Part shown: positions 12,955-25,843 of the stretch, piece after piece
Layout: every line of letters starts with the position of its first letter
Numbering within the stretch: position 1 is the first letter of the stretch
NCBI RefSeq assembly: GCF_963921235.1
Contig: NC_086097.1
Span: 219,730,001 to 219,794,000, forward strand
Origin: Mobula hypostoma
Taxonomy: Eukaryota
Length of the DNA stretch: 64,000 bases
Direction of reading: 5' to 3'
Notes under the pieces: generated by a model
Database searches by the model: none
Told to the model about the DNA's origin: nothing
What the model saw: only the letters and a program-made list of their open reading frames with translations
Program-made: the position numbers and the translations under genes

Positions 12955-13730
12955 CTGTAACTTCACTTGCCCCATCACTGAACTGTTCCTACAACCTATG
13001 CACTAACTTTCAAGGATTCTTCATCTCATGTTCTCGATATTTATTCCTTATTTATTATTCTTATTTCTGTTTTTTTTCTTTTGTATTTTCACAGTTTGTA
13101 CACTGGTTGTCTGCTATGTTCAGTGCGACCTTTCATTGATTCTATTATGGTTATAGGATTTATTAAGTATGCCCGCAAGAAAACAAATCTCAGGGTTGTA
13201 TATGGTGACATATACAGTATGTACTTTCATAATAAATTTACTTTGAACTTTGAGCATCTGATAACCAAATAAGAGTCTGGCTTTCTGCTGCAGATCCCAA
13301 AATCTTAATCTATTGCCTATATTTCCCTGTTTTGAATAAACCAGCTATCTAACAGTTCTCAGTGTAAAGTCCTTCGTATAAAAAGGCAATCTGCAGCTCT
13401 TGTTCTGCTGGTACCCTTTTTTTAAAAATTCATAGTCAAAAGTCATATATATTAAGACTCAATTTCACTAGCCCCATCAACCTACAGACTTACTTTCAAG
13501 GACACTTCATTTCATGTTCTTGATATTTATTGCTTACATTTTTAATTATTATTACTACTTTTTTTTCCTTTTGTTTTTGCACAATGGCTGTCCGCCCTTT
13601 TGGTGTGATCTTTCATTGGTTCTATTATGCTTGTTGGATTTATTGAGTGTGCTCACAAGAAAATCAATCTTAGGGTTGTATGTGGTGGCATGTATGTACT
13701 TTGGTAACGAATTTACTTTGAACTTTCAGA
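12955..13730 (+). repeat. Two copies of a Rex-type LINE 3' UTR tail (~12955-13252, ~13455-13727); related copies at ~595-890 and ~21235-21320
   Basis: Shared consensus aagaaaa..aatctcagggttgtatatggtgacat...aatttactttgaacttt. Confidence 0.7.
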
Positions 13731-14669
13731 AAATAGCAAGAGGCATTTTGCAAATTCCAGTCAGGGCTCTAACTCTTGTTCCAGGCCCTGATGCCAAACT
13801 GGATCACAATCATTGCAGCATTTTACGTATTTATTGTGTTTTACTGCTGTTCAGCAGACATACCAAGAATTTTGAAGTAACCACATCACCCACTCCCCCC
13901 CCCATCCAACACCCAGAATCTACATAGTTCATAGTTTATTCATGCTTTTTTAGAGTGTAAGTAAGCACTGATTTGTTCTGTATTTCCAATCTTTGTCTGG
14001 ATGTGAGCAGCCAATCTTGGTGTTCCTTCCCTGTCTCCCAATGATGATTAACATGCCCCTGGAATTAAGGTACTACCCCCGCATGTCAGTGATCCTGCCA
14101 CTGGCTTCATTGGAAATTTACTTAATTTGGGGAGGGTTATCCAAATTCCAGGGGATTGTATTCTGCTTCCAATACAGGAAGGAGGTTGCGTGCTGATAAT
14201 AGAACGTTAAATAAACAGACTATGAAAGGATGAAGAAAAAGTGATTGTGCTGTCATCAAAGATTACAGCTAAGTAAAGCTGCTATCAAGCCAATGTAAAG
14301 AAAATGTCTGGCTGAGTTCCTAAATAGAAGGTGGGTTTTTGTATAATAAAGTAATATCTACTATTATTTCTGCCATGACTAACTCAGGATCTGTCTTGTA
14401 TTTAAAATGTGTATTTCTGTTCAAGGGAAAAGCTTTCTTTTAGCAATTCCGCAACCAGACTGACAACCCTAGAGGCATTATCTCAAATCAGTAACCAAGA
14501 AGGCAGGATATGTCAAATGATTCAGGTGTCTAGAGCTTTGAAAAGACTAGTTTTAAAAAAAAGAGGAATCACCCTAACCTTACTCAAGTTGGCTGGTGGG
14601 AATCACTGCAAACACCAATGAGAATATAGGTTCTTCATCTTTAACCTCTTGCTTCAGCAATTTGAAGTA

Positions 14670-15610
14670 CCCACCTGCTTCAAGCAGGCTTCAGTTATAC
14701 CGGTGTCCAAGAAGAACATGGCAACCTGCCTTAATTACTATTGTCCAGTAGCATTTAAATCCATTGTGATGAATTACTTTGAGAAGTTGATCATAAAACA
14801 TTATCAATTCCTGCTTGAGGAATGACTTGGATCTGCTCCAATATGTGTACTGTCACAGCAGATGCCATTTCATTGGCTCTTCGCTCAACCCTGGAATATC
14901 AGAACAGTGAAGAGGCATACATCTAAGCACAGCTGCAAAACCATATTTAAGATTGCTGACGACACCACTGTCAATAGCCAAATCAAAGGTGGTAATGAAT
15001 CAGCATTTAGGAGGGAGATAGAAAATCATTTGATGTTAGCAAAACCAGAGCTGATTAGTGACTACAGGAAGACGACAGCAGAAGTCCATGAGCCATCAAA
15101 GGATCAGAGGTGGAGAGGGTCAGCAACTTTAAATTCGCCAGATTTATCATTTCAGACAATCTATCCTGGGTCCAGCATGTAAGTGTCATTACAAAGAAAG
15201 CATGGTAGCGTCTCTACTTTCTTAGAAGTTTGCAAAGATTCGGCATGTCATCTAAAACTTTGACAAGTTTCTACAGTACACTGACTGGTTGCATCTTAGC
15301 CTGGTATGAAAACATCAATGCCCTTGAATGGAAAAGCAAAGTAGTGGATACAACCCAGTCCATCATGGGATAAAGCCCTCCCCGTAATTGGAGCACATCT
15401 ACAAGGAACACTATTGCAGGAAAGCAGCATCCATCATCAAGACCCCCACCATCCATGCCATGTACTCTTCTCAGTGCTGCAGGAGCCTCAGAACCCACAC
15501 CACCAGGTTCAGGAACAGTTATTACCTCTCAGTCATCAGGCTCTTGATAACTTCACTCACCCCTCATCACTGAACTGTTTCCACAACCTATGCACTCACT
15601 TGTAAGGACT
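14670..15610 (+). mobile_element. Rex1/Babar-like LINE fragment
   Basis: IFKIADDTTV..QIKGGNESAFRREIE and HIYKEH..RKAASIIK.P motifs. Confidence 0.75.
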
Positions 15611-15848
15611 CCTAAGGATTCTGGCATACAATAAACATGCTGGGAAACAATAAACATGTCCATTTAAAAACTCAAACATGCTTGGAAAATTACTGTAGTC
15701 ATATTGTAAAACTAATAAATTTAGAAACATGGACTTCATATGTTCTTACAATTTGCTATAAGGTTGAAATTCATTGTACAGTTACCAAAAAAAGGAAATT
15801 CTTCAACATCTAAAGGGTGTAATGCCGAGGATTTATATAGACTTCTCA

Positions 15849-16401
15849 GTAGGTTCCCATGAGATGCCCTCTCAGTCTTCTAAACTCTAGTGATTACAGG
15901 CACAGAGCCATCAAATACTCTTCATACTGTAACCCTTTCATTCCTGGGATCATTCTCGTTAACCTACTCTGGACCAATACAAGCATCCTTTCTTAGATAT
16001 GGGTCCAGAACTGCGCACAATACTTCAAATGTGGTATGATCTATACCTTATAAAATCTTGGCATTACATCCTATATAGAGAGTGGTCAGGGAGAGGATGT
16101 TCCTTATAGTGGCCTAATCTAGGACCAGAGGGCACAGCCTCAGAATACAAGGAGTCCCTTTAGAACCGAGATGAGGAGGAATTTCTTTAACTAGAAGGTG
16201 GCGAATAGGTGGAATTCACTGCCACAGATGGCTTTGGAAGCCAGATCATTGAGTATATTTAAAGTAGAGGTTGATGGGTTCTTGATTAGGAAGGGTGTCA
16301 AAGGTTACAGGGTTGAGAGGGAAAATAAACCCACCATGATTAAATGGCAGGGCAGGCTTGATTGGCCAAAGGGCATAATTCTGCTCCTATGTCTTATGGT
16401 C
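15849..16401 (+). mobile_element. CR1 3' fragment with 5' inversion (15849-~16071 inverted, ~16071-16401 forward)
   Basis: The minus-strand segment ends at ...gggaacctac. The forward segment resumes a few bases further along the CR1 sequence (compare 19890-19940) and runs to the ctcctatgtcttatggtc tail. Confidence 0.7.
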
Positions 16402-17049
16402 ATACAGGAAAAACATGTATTTTGTATAAACCTATTGTATATTTGCTCCTCTAGAGGGCTAGGGTTGAAACTATGACACTGTCTTTATTGCCCTTTAGCA
16501 AGTTTGCAGGAAGATATTCCAAGTGAATACCATCTGTGTGCATGACTTAAACCAAAACAATTAGTGTCATTCCTCAAAATCTAACACTTAAGATTTATCA
16601 AATGTGCATTTCATTAAAAAAAACTAAGTATGGAAAATGGTAGAAGTGCATAATCAGTCCATCAGGAAAAGGCAGCAGACATTTCAGTGAGGACCACGTT
16701 GCCTTTTGTGGTAAACATCGACTGTGCCTTGATGAAATGTGGTCATAAACGATGACATCAGAAGTTATACTAGCTAGTGCTTCAAAATAATTTTAAAAAA
16801 ACATAAATCTTAATAGTAAGATAGAACAAACCAAATTCTGATGTACAAGCTAACATCTTGAATTTATTTTTCCAAAGTCAGTTATTTATATTTATGGGAA
16901 GAGCAACAAGGGTAATATTTCAAGACAAATACCTTTCATCAGAACTGATGCGGTCTAGCCTGCTGAGTATTTCCAGTATTTTCTGTTTTTCTGTTTTTAT
17001 TTTAGATTTCCGGCATCTTTCTTTAAACTTTAAATTAGTTTTACTTCCA

Positions 17050-20000
17050 GGTATGATGCTGTGGCCATTACTGAATCATAGCTGAAATTTGGTTGTAGTT
17101 GGGAACTGAATGTCCCAAGTTACACGCTGTATCTGAGGAATATGAAGGTAGGCAGAGGGGGTGGCGTGGCTTTGCTGGCAAAGAATGGCATCAAATCAGT
17201 AGAAGGATATGACATAGGATCGGAAGATGTTGAATCTTTGTGGGTTGAATTAAGAAACTGCAAGGGTAAAAGGATTCTGATGGCAGTTATATACAGGCCT
17301 CCTAACAGTAGCTGGGATGTGGACCACAGATTACAATGGGAAATGGAAAAGCTGTATCAAGAGGGCAATGTTATGATGGTGACGGGAGATTTCAACATGC
17401 TGGTCAATTGGGAAAATCAGGTTGGTAATGGATCTCAAGAGAGTGAGTTTGTTGAATTCCCACAAGATAGCTTTTTAGAGTAGCTTGTCATTGAGCCTAC
17501 TAGGGGATCGGCTATACTGGATTGGGTGTTCTGTAAGAAATGGATTGTGTGTTCTTTAAGAACTAGAGGTGATTAGGGAGCTTAAGGTAAAAGAATCCTT
17601 AGGAGCCAATGGTCACAATATGAGTGAGTTCAACTTGAAATTTGATAGGAAGAAAGTAAAGTAGCAGTATTTCAGTGGAGTAAAGGAAATTACAGTGGTA
17701 TGAGAGAGGACTTGGCCAAAGTAAATTGGAAGGAGGTGCTGACAGGGATGACAGCAGAGCAGCAATGGTGTGAGTTTCTGGGAAAAATGAGGAAGGCACA
17801 GGACAGATGTATTTCAAAAACAAAGAAATACTCAAATAGCAAGCAGTACAACCATGGCTGACAAGGGAAGTCAAAGCTAATGTAAATGCAAAAGAAAGGT
17901 ATTAAATGTTTCAAAGGTACATTTAATGTCAGAGAAATGTATACAATATACATCCTGAAATTCTTTTCCTTCGCAACCATCCAACTGAGGAGTGCCCCGA
18001 AGAATGAATGACAGTTAAATGTTAGAGCCCCAAAACCCCCAGCTACCCCCACCCACGATAAGCAGCAGCAAAGCAATAACCCCCCCACCAGCAAAAAGCA
18101 TCGGCCCCCACAGAGCACTCATGCATGCAGCAAAGCATCAATCAAGACACAGACTTGCAGTATCCCAAAGACTACCCGGTAATCCGGTAATTCAACATAC
18201 CACAGGCTCCCTCTCTCCCTAATAAAGGGAAAAGAGGTGTTCCCGTTTCACAGTGATTTGGAAGACATAACAAACAACTCGCTGATTTGCAATGTTGAAA
18301 GTCTGTTGCATCGCTTTTTCTGAGACAAAGCAAAGCAACAAAGCAAAAATTAGTAGGAACACAGAGAATTGGGAAGCTTTTAAAACCTGACAGAGTAACT
18401 AAAAAGAATTATTAGAACGAAAAAGATAAAATATAATAGCAAGCTAGCAAACCATAACAAAGTGGATAGTAAAAGCTTTTTCAAGTATGTAAAAAAAAAA
18501 TAACAGAGATGAGACTGGATATAGGACCACTAGAAAATGAGGCCAGAGAAATAATAATGGAAGACCAGGAGATGGCAGATGAACTAAGTAAGTATTTTGT
18601 ATCAGTTTTCAATGTGGAAGACACTAGCAGTGTGCCAGATGCTGCAGGGAGCGAGGGAAGAGAAATGAGAGCAGTTACTATTACAAGGGAGAAGGTGCTC
18701 AAAAAGCTGAAAGACCTAAGGGTGCATAAGTCACCCAGACCAGATGAACAGCACCCTAGGGTTCTGAAAGAGGTAGTGGTAGAGATTGTGGAGGCATTAG
18801 AAATGATCTTTCAAAAACCATTGGACTCTGGCATGGTGCCAGGTGATGGGAAAATTGCAAATATCACTTCACTCTTTAAGAAAGGAGGAAGGCAGCAGAA
18901 AGGAAATTATAGACCAGTTAGCCTGACCTCAGTGGTTAGGAAGATGTTGGAATCAATTGTTAAGGATGAAGTTATGGAGTACTTGGTGACACAGGACAAA
19001 GTCAGCATGGTTTCTTTGAGGGAAAATCTTGCCTGACGAAACCTGTTGGAATTCTTTGTGGAGTTTACAAGTCGGATAGATAAAGGGGATGCAGTGAATG
19101 TCGTGTATTTGGACTTTCAGAAGGCCTTTGGCAAGGTGCCACACATGAGGCTGCTTACCAAGTTAAGGGCACATGGTATTACAGGAATGTTACTAGCATG
19201 GTTAGAGCATTGGTCGATTGGTAGGAGGCAGCCAGTGGGAATAAAAGGATCCTTTGCTGATTGGCTGCCAGTGACTAATGGTGTTTCACAGGGGTCGGTG
19301 TTGGGACAGTTTCTTTTTGTGCTGTATATCAATGATTTTAGATGATAGAATAGATGGCTTTGTTGCCAAGTTTGCAGATGATAAGATTGGTGGAGGGGCA
19401 GGTAGTGTTGAGGAAACAATTGGCTGCAGAAGGACAGATTAGTAGAATGGGCAAGGAAGTGGCAAAGAAATACATTGTTGGAAAACGCATGGTCATGCAC
19501 CTTGGTATAAGAAATAAATGTGCAGACTAAAAAATCCAAAAACCTGCAATGCAAAGGGACTTGGGAGTCCTTGTGCAGAACAGCCTAAAGGTTAACTTGC
19601 AGATTGAGTTGGTGGTGAAGAAGGCAAATGCAATATTAGCAATTATTTCAAGAAGTCTAGAATACAAGACCAGGGATGTGATGCTGAGGCTTTGTAAGGC
19701 ATTGGTGAGGCATCACCTTGACTATTGTGAACAGTTCTGGGCTCCTCATCTAAGAAAAGATGTGCTGGCGTTGGAGAGGGTTCAGAGGAGGTTCACAAGG
19801 ATGATTCTGGGAGTGAAAGGGTTATCATACAAGGAATGTTTGATAGCTCTGTGTCTGTACTTGTTGGAACCTAGAGGGATGAGGGGGGAACTCATTTAAA
19901 CTTCTCAAATGTTGAAAGGCCTAGACAGAGTAAATGTGGAAAGGGTGTTTCCCATGATGGGGGAGTCTAGGACAAGAGGGCAGAGCCTCAGGATAGAGGG

Positions 20001-20222
20001 GAATTCATTTAAAACAGAGATGCGAGAAACTTCTGCAGCTAGAGGGTGGTGAATTTGTGGAATTTATTACCACAGAAGCCAGGTCATTTGGGTGTTTTTA
20101 AGGCAGAGCTTGATAGGTTCTTGATTGAACGCGGCATCAAAGATTATGGGTGGAAGACTGGGGAGTGGGGCTGAGGAGAGAAAAAATAATGGTAGAGCAG
20201 ACTCGATGGGCCTTATGATCTT
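17050..20222 (+). mobile_element. Near full-length CR1 ORF2 relic (APE endonuclease plus RT), frameshifted, with an insertion at ~17900-18325
   Basis: GRGGGVALL, YRPPNS, GDFN, NYRPVSLTSVV.KMLE, VYLDFQKAF.KVPH, GVSQGSVLG, LYINDF and LERVQRRFTRM across ORFs 17142-19899. Confidence 0.92.
17900..18325 (-). mobile_element. Unrelated retro-type insert within CR1
   Basis: CR1 coding sequence breaks at ...gcaaaagaaag and resumes at ...caacaaagcaaaaattag. The insert has a ttcaaaggtacatttaatgtcagag end. Confidence 0.55.
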
Positions 20223-22784
20223 ACAGTTATATTTCTGGATTCTGTGGAGCAAGTTGGACAGGTACAGAGCAATCCAAATAGTGAGATAAATAAACGTGTA
20301 ATTACAGAATTCCCAATGGTATGAAGTTACTTAACAAAAATTTTTAAGGTTAATATTACAGTAAACTGCTAATCCACCATGCTTTGCCTTTTGGTGACAC
20401 TGGACTAACATATTCTCAGGACTCTTGGACATTACTCATTAATCCTCCATCACACGTTCCATCAATCTTTTGTAGATGTTGCGCTGTTACATCTTCCAGT
20501 TTAAAATGCGGGCTTGATTTTGAAAGAGTGTGAAAATCAGGACCTCAGTGAGTTTCAAGGGAGTGGGGGAGCCAGGTGCCAAACCATGAATCATCACTAT
20601 CAGAGTCTCAGACTAGGAAAAAAAGAATGTGAGTAAAAGAAACCAAATCGATGTGATGAAAAAATGCTCTGTGGATGGTCTAGTTGCACATCTGGGTGGT
20701 ATTATACCTCATTTGGAGATGGCCTCAAGTGACAAAATAAACACTTCTTTTCTATTTACTTCCATTCTTCCGCCCGATGAACATAAAAAGAGAGACCAAA
20801 CATCTTTGATTGCAGAATAACTGACAATAGGTAAGTTAAGGCTGATAAAGCTGCACACTTCAGCTTACCAACCCACATACCATTTCCTAGATACCTGTTT
20901 AAACATGAGCTGAGTTTCTGTTTATGATAGCAGGTTAAAAAAAAGATAACTGAATGAAGATGACATGAAAGGTAAGAGGCACCACTGCACCAAAATAACA
21001 AAACATATGCATGTTGTGGCTCTTAAATGTATCAGTATGTGCATAATGACAGTATAGGAAATCAAGTTTCTATAAAAATGATGTTCTTAACAGAGCTCAC
21101 AGTGTTTATCATATTTATCTTGTGTATATTCAACAGCTGGTGTTTCTGGAATTGAATTTACACTCCAGAAGCCCCAAGCACTGAAACAAATTTAGTAAAT
21201 TCTGCCCAGTAAGTCTAGTCACTCTCACATGTTTCTTTGTATTTACCGTGAATGGCCACAGAAAAATGCATTTCAGGATAGTGTATGATGGCATATATGT
21301 ACTTTGATAATGAATTTACTTTATCCCTTCAGACTTGTATTTTCTGCCTGATGGGAGGGGGAGATGATGAGGAGAATGTTCGGGTTAGGTGGAGTCTTTG
21401 TCTCCACTTCTCGCTGCCTCGGTAAAGCAGCCAACATAATCAGAGTCCACAGAGGGGAGGCTATTCACAGGACTTCAAATCTTCAGAATACTACCTCAGA
21501 GGGACGTGAATATGCAGTTTCTGTACAAGGCTGAAATTAATAGATTTTTGGACATTAATGAGAGAATATGGAATTAGGTGGTAAAGTAGATGGCCAGAGG
21601 ATTAACCACGATCCTTATTGAATAGCAGACCAGGCTCCAAATTTGACCTAATCCAATTTCTGTTCATTTCCTTCCTACACAAGATTTGAGTTACAGTAAA
21701 TGTAAGTCAAAGTTAATAACAGTATATGATTAAAATTTGCTTATTGTTTCCAACTTCATGTTTCCTGCAGATTAACTTGACTATAGCATATAGTGGCAGA
21801 AAATGCTCTATTCAAAGCCAGACTGGACGTCTTGAATGGTGACACATTGAGCTGGAGAGGAAGCAGATTTCAATGAGGTCACCTTTAATAAAAAGCAGAT
21901 GTGTCACCAATTTCCTTGCTCCATGAACTGTCTACAGAAGTGCATACCTGAATCCCTCCTCACCCCTCCATCAGTTCTCCTTGCTCTGTTACTTCTGTTT
22001 ATTTTTCTCCCAATTATGGAATGCCTAGAAGTACACTAGGTCCAGAGTTAGTTAGACTCTCTGGAGGATTGAAACAAGTACACTTCCCAGAGACCTTGGC
22101 AGCATGAAAGATCTATGCAAAGTATAAAGTATTTGTAAAATTATGGTGAACGCCAGTGGAAATCAATCATCAACTAACATAAAATTAGTTTAAATAGCTC
22201 TGATGGGACTTCATCCTGCTGCTGAACACCGAACAAGCTTTGGCTGGAGGATTAAATTCAAATTGGTAGAATAGTCACCCAAACAGCAGAGGATGATTTC
22301 AAAATTTGTTCAATCTCTACAATTCTGTCAGACATTATTTGCAGATGTGTTGGCTCCCTCACTGTTTTGGCATTCAACTCTACTCACTAACCTGTATGTG
22401 CAGATTCTCATTTTAGAAGTGAAACCACACACAAAACTCTTCAGTACGCATTTAGATTTTGCAACCAATATGGTGAGGAAAAGGATTACATCAATAGCTT
22501 AAAAGGGAATGATATAATGTTAAATTGTTTATTTTTTGAATAACAAGTTTAGATAACAAGTTCAGATTCTTCTGAAAGCGTAAATGCATTTTATTACTGT
22601 TCATTGTTAGTAATGTGTAAATAGTTTTCCTTGATGGTGAGTATAAATTTTTGTAGCTGAACAACAATCAGTAGACAGACTTTATGGATTTAGATAGAAT
22701 GTGCATTACATGCTTAACTAAACAGACACTCCCAAAAAACTGAGCATAAATAACTCTAAAATAGAAATATGGTAATCTATAGTA

Positions 22785-22915
22785 TATCACACAAAATCTA
22801 TGGAGAGGAATAAAGAGCTGGCATTTAGGGCCGAGACCCTTCATCAGCACTTAGCCCAAGACCCAGCATGTTGCGACTCTGGAGTTCCAGCATCTGTAGA
22901 ATCCTTTGTGTCTAC
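22785..22915. mobile_element. Short degenerate inverted Penelope pLTR pair (hammerhead remnant on the minus strand)
   Basis: gggccgagacccttcatcag (minus-strand CUGAUGA core), then a plus-strand ttccagcatctgtagaatc tail. Confidence 0.55.
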
Positions 22916-23646
22916 AGCATGAGAGGTAGAAAAGACACCAAACCATAAGCATTTAGTCTTGTTGAATTAATTTTGGAAAATGCTTTCTTGGTAATGTATT
23001 TTGGTATGAATATGAATACTTGGAGAAAGTGCATTCTTTAATTCCTTATTAAACATCCATAATTTTATTGTTTCCATATGTTTAGTGGTATAATTTTATA
23101 GCAAAATATAAGCACTATGTAATCAGCAGAAAACTTCTTCACCAAGACTAGAAGCATATTATACTTCATGGTACTCTTAGACTGAGTCTATACATTTTTC
23201 ACTGTGGATGATCCTGAGTCAGCATAGACGTCGAAGGGTTTGCGAGATTAGGGGAGTACTGGTCTTAACTACTAGACGTTAATTTCTTAACAATGTCCTC
23301 AGGATGAATGGGGCTAAGTAACTGCAGCCAGATTTAGCAAGTTTTCTGCTCTTATTGAACCTCAATGCTGTTGTGTTTATTTAGTTTTATTCTAATTTCG
23401 CCCTAAAGAAAAATATCGAGCTTAACTCTCTTTTCAACCATCAAAATTATAAATATTTTTTTAAATCTTCATGTTTATTTTTGGCATCTACAGCTTGCTT
23501 ACCCTCTTAAATTCAATACACTTTATTAATTTTATGCCATTGCCTTGATAAGGCAGGATGCATTAATATACAAGGTAGAAAGAACCCATTAACCCACCTC
23601 ACCATCACATGGTGTCAATTTACATACATACAATCAGTCTATCTAT

Positions 23647-23945
23647 ATAGAAACATAGAAAATAGGTGCAGGAATCAATCATCCCAGGAATCAATCTGGT
23701 GAACTTTCTTTGTACTCCCTCTATGGCAAGAATGTCTTTCCTCAGATTAGGGGAGCAAAGCTGCACACAGTACTCTAGGTGTGGTCTCACCAAGGCCTTG
23801 TACTGTTTTATAGGATTGCTTTTATAGTTATTGTGTTCTTTATGCTTATTATATTTTTTATGCTGCATCAGATCCAGAGTAATAATAATTTCATTCTCCT
23901 TTACACTTGTGTATTGAAGAATGACAAAGAACAATCGTGAATCTA
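23647..23945. mobile_element. Internally deleted CR1 (-, ~23647-23803) adjoining a Rex-type tail (+)
   Basis: YKALVRPHLEYCVQL.SPNLRKDILAIEGVQRKFTRLIPG and an atagaaac tail. Confidence 0.7.
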
Positions 23946-25820
23946 AAGTATTGCAGATTTCAACTGCAGAAATAAATAAAGTCAATGTTTCTGCTCCATT
24001 CAAAATTGCATCCTTACAGTGTAACAATGCTTATGTTAAAAGTAGAAATCTCTTGAATTTTAATCTGAAACAGAACTGGCTTTTGGTCATATCAGATGTA
24101 TAAAATTTAAAATCTTGTATATAAACCCTATCTACTTTAAGTCTGTCAGCTTCCATTTTTAATGGGCTGAGTATTTAAATACTTTATTAAATCTGTACCT
24201 CACATTTAGTTCCTATTTTAGACTTAACCCTAAGTGGCCTCCTAGGCCTTGAAAAAAGATGGCAGACAAGGACTTGCACAGAAGGGGCAAGTGCATTTTT
24301 AATCTGGTTTGTTTACATCTACAAGCAGGAATCCTTCTTCCTATTGCAGCCAAACTAATTTGATTTCTTTGCCATGATTTTCTTCACCTTGCAATTTAAT
24401 CACCATTTCCCCCAGGCTCAACCACCCATTTGTAACTCTCATTTTCGTCTTACCTACTATTCACACCTCACTTCTCCCCCCTCTACCTTCAGCCTTCCCT
24501 GCTCTACTGCCAAAATCTAAATCCAAATTAAATCTTATTTGCAACTTGTCAATATGTTTATTATATCTCTATAAATGTATAATTTACACATTTATTTGGT
24601 TTCAATTGCAAAAATAATGTTTATTTGTTTTTTTGTATGTTGACTGCATAGCACCACCACCACTGGTTTCAAGGGTGAACTTTTGGTGATGACCCAGGTT
24701 TACATATTGATTTGTCCATTTGTGTGCTTGAAGTTTTTATTTATTTCTTTGAATTTAGACTGTACCAATGCAAATTGAAAGAAATAATTAGACTAAGATC
24801 CTTACAACCAAACAAGGAATGTGCAATTATAATGTTTATAGCTGGATCATTCATTAAGGAAACTTTATTGCATTAACACCATTGGATGTCATTAGGTTAA
24901 ATAAATAAAAAAGATGAACTTTACTATTTCTCTTCAGATGTTTATTTTATATTAAAACAAATCAATTTAGTATAACCATTAAATTTAGTGAATATTGTCA
25001 GAATGAACCAAATGTGTATTTGAACCTCATTTAAATGTGCTGACCTTGGACCAAAATTGGATTTATCAATTCAAAATAGTGATGCTTAGAAATTCTAGTG
25101 CACAGCCTACAACACTAAATAGCTGTTGTGGTCGCTCGCCACTCATAGGAATTTTCAGTCAGCTCAAACCTAATGTGAACTGATCAAAATTTGCATTATT
25201 TAGTTAGCACCAAGAAGTCTGCTGCCCAATACAACTTGTGAAAGCCCATCTTCACCTCAAGTTCAAGTTCATTGTCATAGGCATATCTATCTAAGGGTAT
25301 AAATGTCATGAACAAGCTTTTTGCAACAGCCACCCAGTACATAATATAAACTTGGGAAATATGGGTTAACATAAACAAATTAACATAAATTATAAATAAC
25401 TCGCACAACAAAATGAACAACATAAATACTGCAGTGGAGGGATGGTCAATGATAACAAACACAATTGGGCCTTTGCTGTGGTCAGCCTTAAAGTTGGGAT
25501 GGTAATGTAGGGACAATGAAATTGGCTTTAGAGATTTGCAGTTTTGAAGAATGAGGTGTGGTTGAAGATCTGTCATTCTGGATTTTAGGGATTTGTGATA
25601 TCAATACAAGATGAGGGGAACTAGGGACCTGCAGAAGCCGTTTTGAGGAAATAAAATCAAAATCAATGGTTGAACTTAGGATATCAGATACTGGTGATTA
25701 ATGATCATTGGGCTTTAAGTAAAATTGAGCTGAGGGGTGTTTTAACTGGATTGTAGGATTATAATATAATCAGTGTTATTGGCATGCTTGTCCAAAGGAT
25801 GCAGTTGATAATTTACTCAC

Positions 25821-25843
25821 CTGCCAGCTATCCAAGCCTGGTA
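25821..25843 (-). CDS. Candidate 23-nt micro-exon (exon 2 of the divergent gene; (L)PGLDSWQ)
   Basis: Acceptor tgtggtttgtttcacag| and consensus donor CAG|GTGAGT. Joins in frame to the phase-1 exon at 28556-28613. Confidence 0.4.

Noticed and set aside
14041..14196. Box C (ATGATGA) / box D (CTGA) pair suggesting a C/D snoRNA, with a short internal inverted repeat
   Set aside because: No terminal stem, no recognisable rRNA antisense element, and atypical length.
20410..20612. Strong minus-strand acceptor followed by a protein-like frame with in-frame TGAs (selenoprotein or pseudo-exon idea)
   Set aside because: No recognisable homology, no SECIS seen, several stops.
5064..24064. Other possible minus-strand exons (~5064-5112, ~11516-11593, ~12743-12777, ~24018-24064) for the divergent gene
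   Set aside because: Plausible splice signals, but the peptides are unrecognisable and I could not build a consistent phase chain; indistinguishable from chance.
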